A stretch of 63,925 nt of DNA, counting the filler, from Perkinsus chesapeaki ATCC PRA-425 (taxonomy: Eukaryota; Protista; Perkinsozoa): the NCBI GenBank assembly GCA_013115145.1. It is 9 parts of 9 records of this genome, joined end to end, with 100 filler letters (N's around TTAATTAATTAA, not from the genome) between each part and the next. Parts side by side here need not be neighbours in the genome. Positions count along the whole stretch, not along the records: positions 1 to 24,144 come from JAAPAO010000552.1; 8 more parts are not named here. The stretch is one strand, 5' to 3'. This document shows positions 1 to 12,700 of this stretch, piece after piece (position 1 is the first letter of the stretch; each line of letters opens with the position of its first letter). The position numbers were made by a program, and so were the translations under genes. A model generated the notes under the pieces. That model searched no databases. It saw only the letters and a program-made list of their open reading frames with translations, and was not told where the DNA came from.

Positions 1-8
1 CAGGTAAT

Positions 9-3000
9 GTGCGCTGGCGTCCTTATGCTAAGAAGCTATATCACCAGCTATCCGAGAAGGGCAAAGAGATCTATCAGGATTTGGTGGATGGTTATATCAA
101 TAGAGGTTGGTGGCAGCCACTCTTCCCTGACAGCTCGCGAGTAGGAGACCTACTGCCCGCAGAAGTTTTTCTCCTGGGGGCGAAGCCTGGCGACTCTCGA
201 AAACCGCGGTTGGTGGCTGATTTCTCGCCTTGTAATGCTCAACTCCCGGCTTCTACTACCTCTGGGATCTCGGTCGGTGATGTTTTGGTTGTTATACGTT
301 GCTTATGCCCGTGCTTCTTGGTTGGGTATGACTGTGCTTCTGCTTTTTATCGGTTAAGATTACACCCTGATAGGCTCTTGTATTTACACTCAGGGATGGC
401 TGAATCTCTTGCGCCCGATTTCGTCTCTCTGCGACTAAGTTTCGGCTTAGGAGCAGGCCCTATGAGTCTGGAAGAGAGTTTGGGATGGTACATTACCCGA
501 TTCCGCTCCAGTCCCTATGCTATGTTTCTCCTCATCGTTGCTATTTTTGTGGATGATGGAATACTTGCTGGAGTGGATAAGAGGGTACTACTGGCTGCTA
601 AGATCCTCTTTTTCTTGCTTGATCTGGTGGGGTTTGCTTGCGCACTCCCTAAGCTTCATTTTATCTGCTCTAATCCCGCGGATGTTGGTGATGTCTTCTT
701 GCCTCCTCAAGATACTATGTTGCACCTCGGTTGCGAGCTATCCTTCGACCACGGCCGCCTGGTCGTGAAGTGCTGCCGAGACGAGCGACTGAGTCGAGTG
801 GTGTCACTATGTCAACGCTGGCTAGATGATGGCACAGCCGCTTCTGTCACTAAGCGTCTTGTGTTCCGTTTAGCTGGCGCTATAGCCTATGATCCTATCC
901 ATCTCCATGCTCTTTGCTCTTTGCTTGGAGACTGCTTGCGGCGCATAGTAGGAAAAGCTTACGCTCAATTTGGGTGGGATGCTCAGTTGTCTCTCATGCA
1001 TCTACCCAATGAGCTACTCCTCGCATGGCTTGAGTTGCTCCGATGGTGCCTTCAGCAGGCGCAGCTCACAGGTGCGTGCTCGCACGCTATTCCTGCTCCT
1101 TTTCTCAACCACCAACATGTGCATCTGGCTCTGTATACCGATGCGAGTAGTGTGGGCGGTGGTTATGTACTGTACCGGTTAGCTCCGCCAGATTCAGACA
1201 TCTGTGCTCCGAAGCAGTACCTGTTGACTCAAGCAGCTTTTGCTTGGCGGGGAGGGCAGCATGCTTGGCATAGTAATCGCAAAGAGCTCACCGTTCTTCT
1301 TAAAGGCATTCGTTGCGCAGTGGGTTTGATGCGCAATATCATAGCTATGTCACCAGACAAGTCACTGTCTATTTGCCTGGATATCTGCTCTGACAATAAG
1401 CCGAGTGTGTCTTGGGCTCATAAGGCTCACGGAGCTTTTCCGCAAGGTGTCGGCCGCAGCTCTAACGTGGAGAAGCGGAGCATTATTCGTCTCATCGACG
1501 CCGTGGCCGAGGAGTTTCGTATCTTGAGATCACTTGGTCCTGCGGTGACTTACCATGTGCGCCATTGTGCTGGTCTCGACAATCCCGTCGCTGATGGCCT
1601 CAGTCGTTATCTCGAGCGTACTTGTGATCCAGCAGGTAAGATCTCACTAGCTTCCGCGCTGTGCGATTTTGCTGCAGTCGATAAGGGCGCTTTAGAAAAT
1701 ACGGCTGAGGCGGTGAGAGAGGCAGACCGTCTAGCGACGGACGAGGACTATCTTAGGCTTCTATCCGAGCTGGATCCTTGTGAGGAAGAAGAGCGCGAGG
1801 TCCCCCTTGACGAGGTACTCTTCATTTCGGCCCAAGCTGAAGGTGAGGCCGATGACGAGGTAACTGATGGCCTCTATCTATTTGAGCGTTCTTTGTGCCA
1901 TCCTCTGGCGAAGGCGGTTTTGGATGATTGCTCTGAACGGTATGTTGCCAAAACCATGCTCGATTACATGAACGATGCGGATGACAGAATCCTTGCTATT
2001 AATGCGGCTGGTACGAGCGCTTCAGCTGCCAGCCTTTGTGGTGATCTTCTGGTCTCTAACGACATTAACATGGTCTACCGGTCAGTCGCGGTACTTCGAG
2101 CGGTCCTTGGTTTTTGGCGCAGTCTCGCGGCTAAGAGGAAGAAAGCTGCTGGTCAGTACAATCTCCGGAAGACCCCCCAGAGACGACAGGTGGTTTCCCC
2201 GGCAGCCCAAGAGGAGGAGGAAGAAGCTGGTAAAGAGGAGATCGCTAGTCTAGCGGGGGGTGGATATGAGGAGAAGGATGTACTCACTATAGTGCGGCTA
2301 TCGCAGGAGGGCGTTGACTACGCTGCTAAAGGGCATTCTTTCATTTACGATCCCGCTACCGGAGTTTGGTTCTTCCGATCAGGAACTATCACTGGCTACT
2401 CTCTGCTCCGACCATGTGTTCCACGGTCGGCTGAGCGGTTTCGTTTCCTTTTGGCCCTCGATGCTCATCGGCGAGCGGCTCATGGAGGTCCTACTCCGAC
2501 CCTCAGTGCTCTCAATATGGACCTTCATGTGCCGGCAGCTTCCTCCGAGGCCAAGCGCATATCTGCTCGATGCCTACTGTGTGCCAAATTACGTTTGCGT
2601 AATGGCGCACTCATCCGCCAAGCCCCGTTAGGTGGATCCTGCTGGGATATCGAGAAGATGCTCCTAACTGGCACGCCTTACAGCGTCTGTGCAGTGGATT
2701 TTTTGCATGTCTTTCCTGGTCAACTCGTCTTTGCGGTTCGGTGTTTGGCTACTACCCATACCACATGGTTACCGGTGAGACAAGCTGCTGAATGTGCGCA
2801 AGCTGCGATAGAAGGCGTCCGTTGGTTATCGAGCCGTTGCGGTAAAGTTATGATTGTTTACTGTGACGCCGGGACTGCATTCATAGCTAACACCTTCCAG
2901 GATGAGATGGCGAAGATGGGAGTGAAGGTTGAATTTCATTCAGCTAGAGCCCCCTGGGAAACGTCCATTGAGCGCAGCCATCGGGTAGGCCTGCGGACGA

Positions 3001-3602
3001 TGAGAGCTTGTTATACACCTCATCAACTTGCCCGAGCTAGCGATATGGACTTGTGTGAAATCTATGATCATGTTACCCTGCTGATGAACACTGCCCCTAT
3101 CTGCCTACACAACGCGGATATCCAGTCCGGCTCGGCGGAGGCTATTACGGCTGACTCCCTGGCATTTGGATATACTCGACGAACTGGTTTACTGCTCTCA
3201 CACCTACAGGGTACTGACGGTCCTGAGCTACCAGATTTGCATGTCGATCGACCCCGGGCCGTGCAGAACGTGAGAGGGTGTTATCTTAAGCATCATTGGC
3301 AGATGCTCAGAGATCGTTCAGCTAAGCAGGTGGGCCAGCAACCGGCTAAGCATCGTTCTCCTCTACCTCCGGGCTCTGCTGTTCTCATCCGTTATTCTCC
3401 TAAGAATAAATGTGACCTTGGTGTGCAGGTTGGGCACATTGTCAGTGCCGAAAAGTCCAAGGATGAGTTTTGTCGACGCTATCGCGTCAAGTCTACGTCT
3501 GGTCATGAGTCCCTTGAGAACCATTGCAACTTGGTGCCGCTCGACGTACATTCTCCTCGAGACTGTGCCCTCACCAGGGGGGCGTGTTGCAGGAAGATGT
3601 GA
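9..3602 (+). mobile_element. pol: LTR retrotransposon pol ORF (RT-RNase H-integrase), BEL/Pao-like, 5'-truncated by the window edge
   Basis: Uninterrupted 1197-codon frame, also open upstream of position 9. RT motifs: PRLVADF, GYDCASAFY, LSFGLGAGP, IFVDD. BEL-like TKRLVFRLAGAIAYDP. RNase H motifs: LYTDAS, RKEL, SDN, NPVADGLSR. BEL-like spacer motif YRSVAVLRAVLGFWR. Integrase HxxxxH...CxxC (HRRAAH, CLLC), core VDF / CDAGTAF / APWETSIER. Confidence 0.9.
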
Positions 3603-3721
3603 TGAGGGCTCTATCGTAGCGCGGTGACTGGCGAGCGCGCGTGAGTAGCTATGTATTTGCGTGCACTCAGTTCATTGGCTTTCTCTATTGCCTATCTTTG
3701 AGTTGTAGCAAGGCATTATCA
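3576..3721 (+). repeat. Polypurine tract plus probable 3' LTR (starts TGTTGC at 3585; right end uncertain)
   Basis: AGGGGGGCG lies immediately before TGTT and overlaps the last pol codons, the usual arrangement in BEL/Pao elements. Candidate LTR end ...ATTATCA at 3721. The 5' LTR is not in the window, so the end cannot be confirmed. Confidence 0.55.
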
Positions 3722-3759
3722 GTATAAGTCACTAGTCACAGTTAGAGTTTGATCCAACG

Positions 3760-6700
3760 GTTACCCTTGCGTTTGTCATATGACAGTTCCCGATCCGGCC
3801 GATTCCTCCAATACAGATATTCGCGAGATTCGAAACAGACAAACAAATGTTCAGATAATGAGCCTCTTTGCGATATTGTTGGCGCCAAGAGATTAATAGG
3901 CCTGGATCATTATGGTTCCTCTCGATCATATCGAGACCTACCAACAATCAGACTGTTACATCTCATCGAGTCGGATTCAATCCCTATGGGAAATCACTTG
4001 TAGAGCATTCAACAGAGAATGAGCTAACTCGAGATTCGCTATACTCTTAGAGTCTTTGCCCGCCATATGTCTAGACGAGCTCAATTCATGAGCCCTCTCA
4101 TGCTCACCTTCGGTGCATATTCTTCTGTTGCTCAGCCATGACCTCAACCCTCTTCAACAGACCGTTATATCGATGCACGTGCTCCTGAAAAACAAATGTC
4201 TTCCGAAGACATCTCGAACATACCTGGACTCGGGCCTCGACAACTCGCTCGATCTCGGTATCTTTCAGCTTGCTCTTTCTCTCATCTTCAACACGTCCAG
4301 CCCGAACGCAGCGATGTTGCTCTGTCCGACCACGCTCACTCGATCAACTGGAACCCTTACCTGCGGGAGCTTTCTTTCCGATTTCTTTTGCCATCGCTTC
4401 GCAGGCGACCACCAGAAGCCGCAAATCCGCCGAGCTGAACGTACCGGACTGCTTCCTTTTCGTAGATGCACGTGTGAGGCTGAAAGACGCTTATGGGGAA
4501 CACCAAGTCATCCAGGCTCACAGGAATGGCTTCCCGGGGCTTCCCGGGGCTCCCCGGGGTCAAAAAGTATTCCTAATCCAGAAGGGATACAATGACAAAG
4601 AGCGCGTGCTCAGTTGCTCAACAGTAGTGGGTGGCGTTGGGACGCTCTAGGCAGGGGCAGAAGCGCTCGTGCGATCGTGCTCCGTCCCGTCCCTTCCCAG
4701 AACCAACGCCCACTAGCCTATGGCGAGCTATCGTGAGCTGTCTCCCTCCCTCCCATGGAAAATATGTTCCTAGACTAATAGAAAAGATACATTCTTCCAG
4801 GATCTGAAGTGTGATGCGAATTTTGTCTCCTTTACAGCTTGTATTAATGATTAGTTCATGACCCCATGGAGGCCCAAACAGACGAAAATATGAAAACTAG
4901 TGAAACGATTTTATCAATCAAATGATCGTATAATTTTTTATGACCAAGGAATCACCTAGCCTCACGCAAATTTATCGACGTACGGTTGATGCAATAGTAC
5001 ATCGTATAACCATCAATTAGTTGTACTACTATGGGGCACTTCATAGGAAAATAACAATGAAAAATAGTTAACCATCTTTTTGAAATCACAATCGATGAGC
5101 TTTTCAAGGCGCAGCGCTACCCCTGTGGTTGCGGGAAAAAGATAAATTCTAGTTTCAGCATCGATTCCATGCTAGGCCTCGGACCATGGCGGCGATCGGT
5201 TCAGGCCTCTCCCAAACGATCGTGGTACGAAGCGAGAGCCCTCATGGTCCTAGGTAGTGTGATCGATGACGTGAACACGCTTGAGGAAAATAACCATGAA
5301 AACTACATTATCAACTATTCTGATTACGACCAATTGAATTTCCACCCAAGGCGCTGTGAGAATCGTAACTTGTGATTTAAGTAAGATTAGCAAGATTGCA
5401 AGAATCTCTTGTGTCACGCAAATATCTTCAAGCTAAGCTTAGTGTAGATATGATTGTCTAGTAGTAGACTCATAAACTTTGCTGTATATATTTTTATTCT
5501 ACAAGCTCTATGCCAATGCGTCATCAATTCATTAACTTTAAGCTCAACGAGAGCCAAGTACAGCAACAGGCGCAAAGCTACCCAGCGAGAACGAGTAAAC
5601 ACGCATAAGGGGAGTTCTTCAATCCAACAACCCACCAATCAATCTTCTCTTGGATCTTTTTCAGGCCGTTCAGCAACGCCTCTTCCGTGGATTCTCCAGT
5701 TGATGTTGCCGAACTAGGTGACCCTTGCAAGGTCAAAATCACCTGATACAGGCGGCTGGTGTTCGGTCAACCATACGATTCCGGCGCGAATCTCGACAGC
5801 AATAAAATTTCTCACAGTGAAGCGCTGTTCTTTCGCTCACGGGATTGGAGAGCGAGGAGAGTTTGGTTTAATCTTTAGAGACCATACTTTTCGGGAACAG
5901 TTGAAAAAAATCTATACTGCAGCCCGCCGCTACACTGAGAATACTTGTTCGATTTATTCCTTCAGCGTCATGTTCTCTTATCTATACTACTCATCTTCGA
6001 AATTTCAACTCACAACAACACCCAATTTGGAGCAAGAAACCGAATTATCATATTTCATTGCTCTATTAGGGATACATAATACCGAAAGTTCAATATCAAT
6101 ATCGGAAACTCACCAATGTCAAAAGCTGTATGAACCTACTTGCCGTTGGGCCGCTACAATTCTCTTCAGTTTATCAATCTTCGACGCCCCTTCCGAGGAC
6201 TTCTCATCGCCCTCTAGGCTCGCTTTATCATTTCGCTCAAACCTGAGCTGTCCTTCAACGACGCAATTTCATTATACCTACCTGGCCAGCTCCGCGCAGA
6301 CACTTTGCAGTGCTACCAGTGCATCGCTCTCGGCACTTCCGTTTGCAGCTGCCGTACACAGAGCCAGTCGCCTGAGGAACGCCGTAGGAACCTCAAGTCT
6401 AGGAGTTACCAGCGATCAGTGGCCGCATGTTGGGATACCGTCCGGCCACACTTGTCACGCAAATGGTCGAATTTAGTTACCTCACGCCGCTTTGAGATTA
6501 CGAACCATCATCCATCAATATACATATATCGAATCGATTGAGTATACCGAAGCCATCGGTATCGGTGTCATGCCTATATATCGATATAAACCGATATTAT
6601 ATCGGCGATGTATATTATCGTGTATTTCGGCGGACAACGAACACCAGTGGTGTTACACCACTAAGTTTTCTTCTCCCGTGCCATTGCTCGCCGTAACACT

Positions 6701-9700
6701 TCGTACTTCCGGATACTTACTGCGCAATCAGGATGTGCCTCCGTTTCTATGCGTCAGAAACGGAAGATTGAAAAGCGCTCCAAAAAGTGAGTGGAAATCT
6801 GAAGTTCCTTTCGAACTTCCCGCGAAATTCGGGTTCGGGGGAGCTCCTTCACGACTAATTTTCCTCAACTATCAGAAGGGAAAAACCTCACAGGTGTCCG
6901 CTGCACTTGCTAACGTGCCCGAAAGAGTCAATTTAAATCTCAAGTTCCTTTTTGGACTTCAGAAAAAATTTTCTCTGCCATTATGGCAATTTGTGTCACT
7001 GTGTCCCCCATAAGAGATATCGCTCAGAGAACCGTCGGGCCTCACAGAAATATGCTCCTCGCGGATCGGGAAGTTTTTCCAAGATTCGGAAATACAATAG
7101 GAACTTGGTGATAAAATATGTTACTATTTCAAAAGGAACATTGTTTTCTGATTCATTCCTTTTCTGGGCCTAACATCTGAAATTCCTCTACGACTCCCTG
7201 ATCTTACTTTCTCAATTGGTCCAGCTGCAACTTGAGCCTCGAAGTCTCAGCCGCATGGCCTTCTAGTGTAGCCGAGAACGCCTGATTAAAGCCTGTCCGC
7301 TGACAACGTACAGCGAAGCTCTCAAACCTGTTGTACTCATAGCAGGTCCGTGATCTACGGACTTCTAATACACACCACTTTTCCCCAACCAAGCTGGGAA
7401 TTTCATCAACGGATCGCGTTGGAAAAGACACTATTTAGCGCTGGGAAACAGAAGGAATTCACGGAAATTTTTCAGCAGAATTTCCGTATCTGCCCAACAT
7501 ATACCTACGCAGGCAATATACACACGGTAGCCTTCAGCCTTATAAAAACTAATTACACTATTCGATATAGAAAACCACGAGGGAGGGTACATATAAATTC
7601 ACATGCCACACCGTTGCTCCCTTGTGTCTCACCAGAAGATGCATACTGCAAGTTCGAGAATAATGAATTAGAGTGAACATTCATCGAATTCTCACCGAAT
7701 ACATTTTTATGATTCGGGCGCCCTTGGAGAATTCCAGGAAACCGCCAAGCAAGGCTACCAGACGTTAAAACTTAACCAGTATGATTGCACTTTCACCAGC
7801 AAGCAGTCTTGTCGTGCAGCTGACTCTGCAGAAATTGAAACGAAAAATAAGACCAGGAATAGGAACTCAGACACACTAGTAAGGCTCCTAGATTCAGATT
7901 GTCTCGACCAAATTGAATTGTTTTGTTGGTGACACGGAATTCTCAACAATGCCCACCTCACGGTCAGCGTCAAGCTTGGCCTTCATATCCTGCAAGTCCC
8001 TCTCTAGACTGAGGCGAACGCTCGAGATCTCCTCGGCGTGACGTACCTAATGACAGATAATCCAACGGGAAGTAGGTTGAGGAGCTCCTTGCTTTGAGGG
8101 AGTGACATTCCTGGTCCACTCGGGCTGAAATGACCTCTTCAAAATAATCATCTGTCAGAGAGCTATCTGGCTTCGGAATTGAAACGGCTGGGAGAGGGAC
8201 TGCGGCTGTACGTTGGCCCTCTTCAACCAGTATGGCAGATAACCTAGCCTGAATAACGGGCGTAAAAATAATATATAAATGTAGTGGCATAAAAATATTA
8301 TATAAATGCATTGAGGAAGTGGAGGCATAAACCTTATAATCACAACTTAATTACTATATAATTACAATCCACCCCACTCACCTCAATCGCAACGAACTTC
8401 TCCCACACCTTCTTCAAAATGACGTCATCTTCAGCTACCTCACTTCTCCTCTCAACACTGACATCACCGATCCTTATCAAAAGCCCCATAAAGAGAATTG
8501 CTCTCCATCTGCTACAGAGTTATTAGTATTTACCACCAACTTAGTATTCCATTCAGATGTCGTTATTTTAGCAGTGAAAAATGATAATCGAGCAGTTTTC
8601 ATTCAGCGAGTCGCACTTTTCCACAACAGTAAGCATTATGTTTAATATTTTAATGTTTGATAATACCAGAGTATTGTGTTACAAGGGCAAGTCTGCACAC
8701 ATTTTGGGAATACGTGGAGTACTTATTGCACCTCCCGGGTCAGTCCTGAGTTGTGGCCCTTCAGCGTAGATGGACCTCGTTCATATTCCATTCGTTAAAA
8801 ACCTAGAGGCCCGAGATCCGCTGTCCGGGCGGCCGAGAGCAAGACTTAGTGAAATTGCGACGCTTATGCCACAATCGTATCGGCGTCGCTGGAAAAGAGC
8901 TCTAATAAGGGATATGCACTCTACTCATTTCAATGACGTTCACTTGGCGGAATTGAAAAGTGCGAAACCATTCTCCAGGTATCTTTTACACATCCTACCT
9001 GTCCCTTCGAACAAGATCATTCTTCAGTTGAAGATTCTCCGACTTCAACGCATCTGTGCGCCTAATTGGACTAATCAGCGCTCTCGAACCCACGCGCGAC
9101 TGACCGGCTGTATTCTATTAAACGGTTCGTGAGGGTGTCGAGCGCTCCTCTGTAGACAGATACAGCTGAGCCCTCATCAAAAGTAACTATCACAGTAACA
9201 TTACCCACGGGAAGTCCTCGGCCTACACGACTAAAGCTCGTAGACTTTCTCGATCAGTTTCGACAGGATGGTCTAGTGAGAAAAATGCTACTAAAATATT
9301 TCAACCGAGACGGCAAATTCCATCCCTTGAGGAGCATTGCGATTCGCGATTTACAAGTACTACTGAAAATCATAACACTTAAAGCAAGATACAGAACGGA
9401 AGAATACTGTTTCACAGAACATACCAGAAATCCCTTCTGAGCTCAGGTGACCTACTTCTCGGCGACACAAGCTCGCTGTCTCCCTCTGGCATAGGTGGGT
9501 TTCCAGCATCCCCCCAGGTCTCCGTCTTCAAGCTGGCCGATTTCTGCATGAACAGGAGCTCGGCGCGGGCCTCTTGCCAACCTGGGCAACACATGGACGT
9601 GAAAAGGTTAGCGTTTTCCCAGCAAGGAAAAATGTGAAAAATTTTAACAAAGATTCTGATCGACTTGAATTCCAGAGCCGAGTTGAGAATGACGAGAGAT

Positions 9701-12700
9701 ATCCTATCACTGCCGTAAAATAAACGCGAATAATCACAAACATCGTGTCTACAAAATTACACTTTGCATAATATAGGTTTGTCTTCCCACACATACGATT
9801 ATAAAAAGTACACTAGATATATCTCCGACAGAAAATTTTAACACTAAGTAAGTTTCGAGGAGAAATGCAGTCCCTTCCAGCTTGCCTTGTAGGCTTGCCC
9901 TCAAGGCTCCTCGTAAGGATTGGTTCACTTCGCTTAATGTCCTCCAGCAAGCTCCATGAGGAACGGCCGAGTCACTCGTCCCTGCCTGGGCGAGCGAGAC
10001 CAATGCCTCTTCACTGTGATGCCAATTCCGCCAGAACCTGATTGAGATGGGAGCATTAACCTCTTTTTCATGTCAGACTCTGACAATCAAAGAGATACAC
10101 GTGAAAAAGTTTCTCAGCAATATTGACACCCAATCGAGGAACCATACCATCTACATATTCACCTTATTCATTATTTTTACCTCATTACATTTATATATTA
10201 TTTTTACCTCATTACATTTATATATTATTTTTACCTCATTACATTTATATATTATTTTTACCTCATTACATTTATATATTTTTTACCTCATCACATATAT
10301 ATATTATTTACTTCTACGAAGAATATAATAACTATTTAAATACAAGCTTTATCCTACTGAATCATTATAATTCGCGCCTCCCCGTGAGCTCACCGTTCAA
10401 TAGCGGCCTGCAGCCTTTGCGATTTACCTTCCTCCCTCCACAGTCGCTCAGCCGTCGCCAGCAGCAATTCCCCCAAATCGAACTCCTGGTCGCTTCCTCG
10501 CCCCCTCTCTAGTGCTTCTTCGAGCCCTAACGGCGGTGTGAACTGCAAATAACATCACCCGAGAACGCGGTGGAGGCAAGCCACCTTCCCCATGCCTTGC
10601 GAAATCTGCTTCAACATATCGTCGGTCGACCTTACTTGCTTCATCAAACGCTCCACTTGCCCTTTATGTAATCGGTGCATCTCACTTATCTGAGGACGGC
10701 AGCCAAAAGGTGACAGACAGCGCAGAAATTCCGCGAGGCTAACTGCCCGAAAAATCCTCTCCGCCTCGTCGTATAAATCACCGAAGTGCAAAAACCGACC
10801 GGAGGATCGCGAAATTTCGCAAATATGTGCACTTCTTCGCCATCAGCTGATGATGCCCTAGAGCTTGCTATATCATATAGCCTATGTGATCACCATGGAG
10901 GGAACCCTATGACCACTATGAAGGGAACCCTATGACCACTATGAAGGGAACCCTATGACCACTATGGAGGGAACCCTATGACCACTATGAAGGGAACCCT
11001 ATGACCACTATGGAGGGACNNNNNNNNNNNNNNNNNNNNNNNNNNNNNNNNNNNNNNNNNNNNNNNNNNNNNNNNNNNNNNNNNNNNNNNNNNNNNNNNN
11101 NNNNNNNNNNNNNNNNCAGGGAACCCTATGACCACTATGGAGGGAACCCTATGACCACTATGGAGGGAACCCTATGACCACTATGGAGGGAACCCTATGA
11201 CCACTATGAAGGGAACCCTATGACCACTATGGAGGGAACCCTATGACCACTATGGAGGGAACCCTATGACCACTATGGAGGGAACCCTATGACCACTATG
11301 AAGGGAACCCTATGATCTCCTGGAGAAGAATATCAGATGTTAGACCCAGAAGGAATGCAGATGATGCTTTATTTTTGTGTTTTCTATAGTCAATTCTTCT
11401 GTTGCAAATCCGCGTTAGGAAACCAGCTTCTTAAACGCCGAGAAACGCATTTCTGTAGACGGCTATCTAGAGCCCAACCAAGTAGGGCTACAAGATCTAC
11501 TGGAGCTGCAGCGTGATAAAAGCTTCTCGAAGTTCCCCGACGACAAGCTCACCCTTGCACTAAGCCGCTCATTGGTCTCCTTCAATGCCACAGTCTCCTC
11601 GCTCCCCTCAACCGAACATTCCCCACCTCGCTTCTCCTTCAAGTCGGTCTCCAGAGCCGCATGCTTGCTCTCTGACTGCCGGTGCAATACAGCGAGACGA
11701 TCCAGAGAGTCTTGCAATCGCCGAGCTGAAAAGCAGTATAAAGCAGCATCTTATATTCGGTACATGTTGGACTAGCGAACTTCGATAGAAATGGATACTG
11801 CCTGTATAAGTGTCTATACCATTGAAGGTAGTTCGAGTGTTAAAAAAAGACCGGGTTTTTCTGAAAAACTTTCCATTATTAATAAATGCAATGTGACATA
11901 ACATATATGTAAGCTTTATGAAGTACAATAATACATTACAGTAGAAAAAAACAGCAAGTGAGATGGTGGACCACCATTGGTGGTACTAAACCTGTTATAA
12001 CAGTAATAACAATAATGATTCTGATAATGTATCAGTAATAAGAGTATCACTTCAAGAGAGTGAATTATTCCCGTCGCGAGTACAAAACCGTTGAAGATGT
12101 GGTAAAATATTTCGCAGTGTACCTTCCCTGCCACCCTGAAATAAAATTATTACTCTACAAATACTTGAAGGTGCTAAGGCAGCGTGCATAGTGGACGAGC
12201 GGCGCAAGCTCCTAGATCCCGAAGGTCTCACGGGCGATACTTCCAGAGTAATGTCATATCTTAAATGCGCCAACTACTGTAGTATGTGCCGCTCATATTA
12301 TCATGTTCGATCAGTAGCGGCAAATATACGTATCGCGTTGGACTGAAATCGATGGTATTCATTCGGCCTGGCATGTCGCCGTTGTGCGTGAAGGTAGCTT
12401 GATTGCCTTTGAAAATGGTTCTCACACGAGCTGTAGCAGCAAGGCAGACTGCGCAATTCGGATCACGCGACGTGACAGTTATCAAGAAGGAGTTAGTAGA
12501 ACTGCGTAGCTTTTGCAGCCCCACCACTGGTCTGGTTAGCCTGTAAGTGAAAACACGCTCAATTCCCATACAAAGATGTGAGATAGAGAGAGCGGCAGTG
12601 CTCCACAAGGGTGCGAGAGGTACTCAAATGCAAATTGACGTGAAAATCGCCGACCGATTTATTGCTAATTTCAAGTTGATCAGATTCGCTCGTTGCCCAG

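Noticed and set aside
3744-3755. AGAGTTTGATCC, identical to the start of the bacterial 16S 27F primer site
   Set aside because: Only 12 nt; the following sequence does not continue as 16S rRNA.
5718-7013. Plus-strand ORFs of 252 and 173 aa
   Set aside because: They start at non-ATG codons and run across AT-rich intron sequence and minus-strand exons; composition is not protein-like.
10047-10512. ORFs with repeated peptides (FTSLHLYII, ILFLPHYIY)
   Set aside because: They are translations of the 27-bp tandem repeat.
10895-11315. CRISPR-like appearance of the 23-bp repeat
   Set aside because: Units are directly head-to-tail with no unique spacers, there are no cas genes, and the context is eukaryotic.
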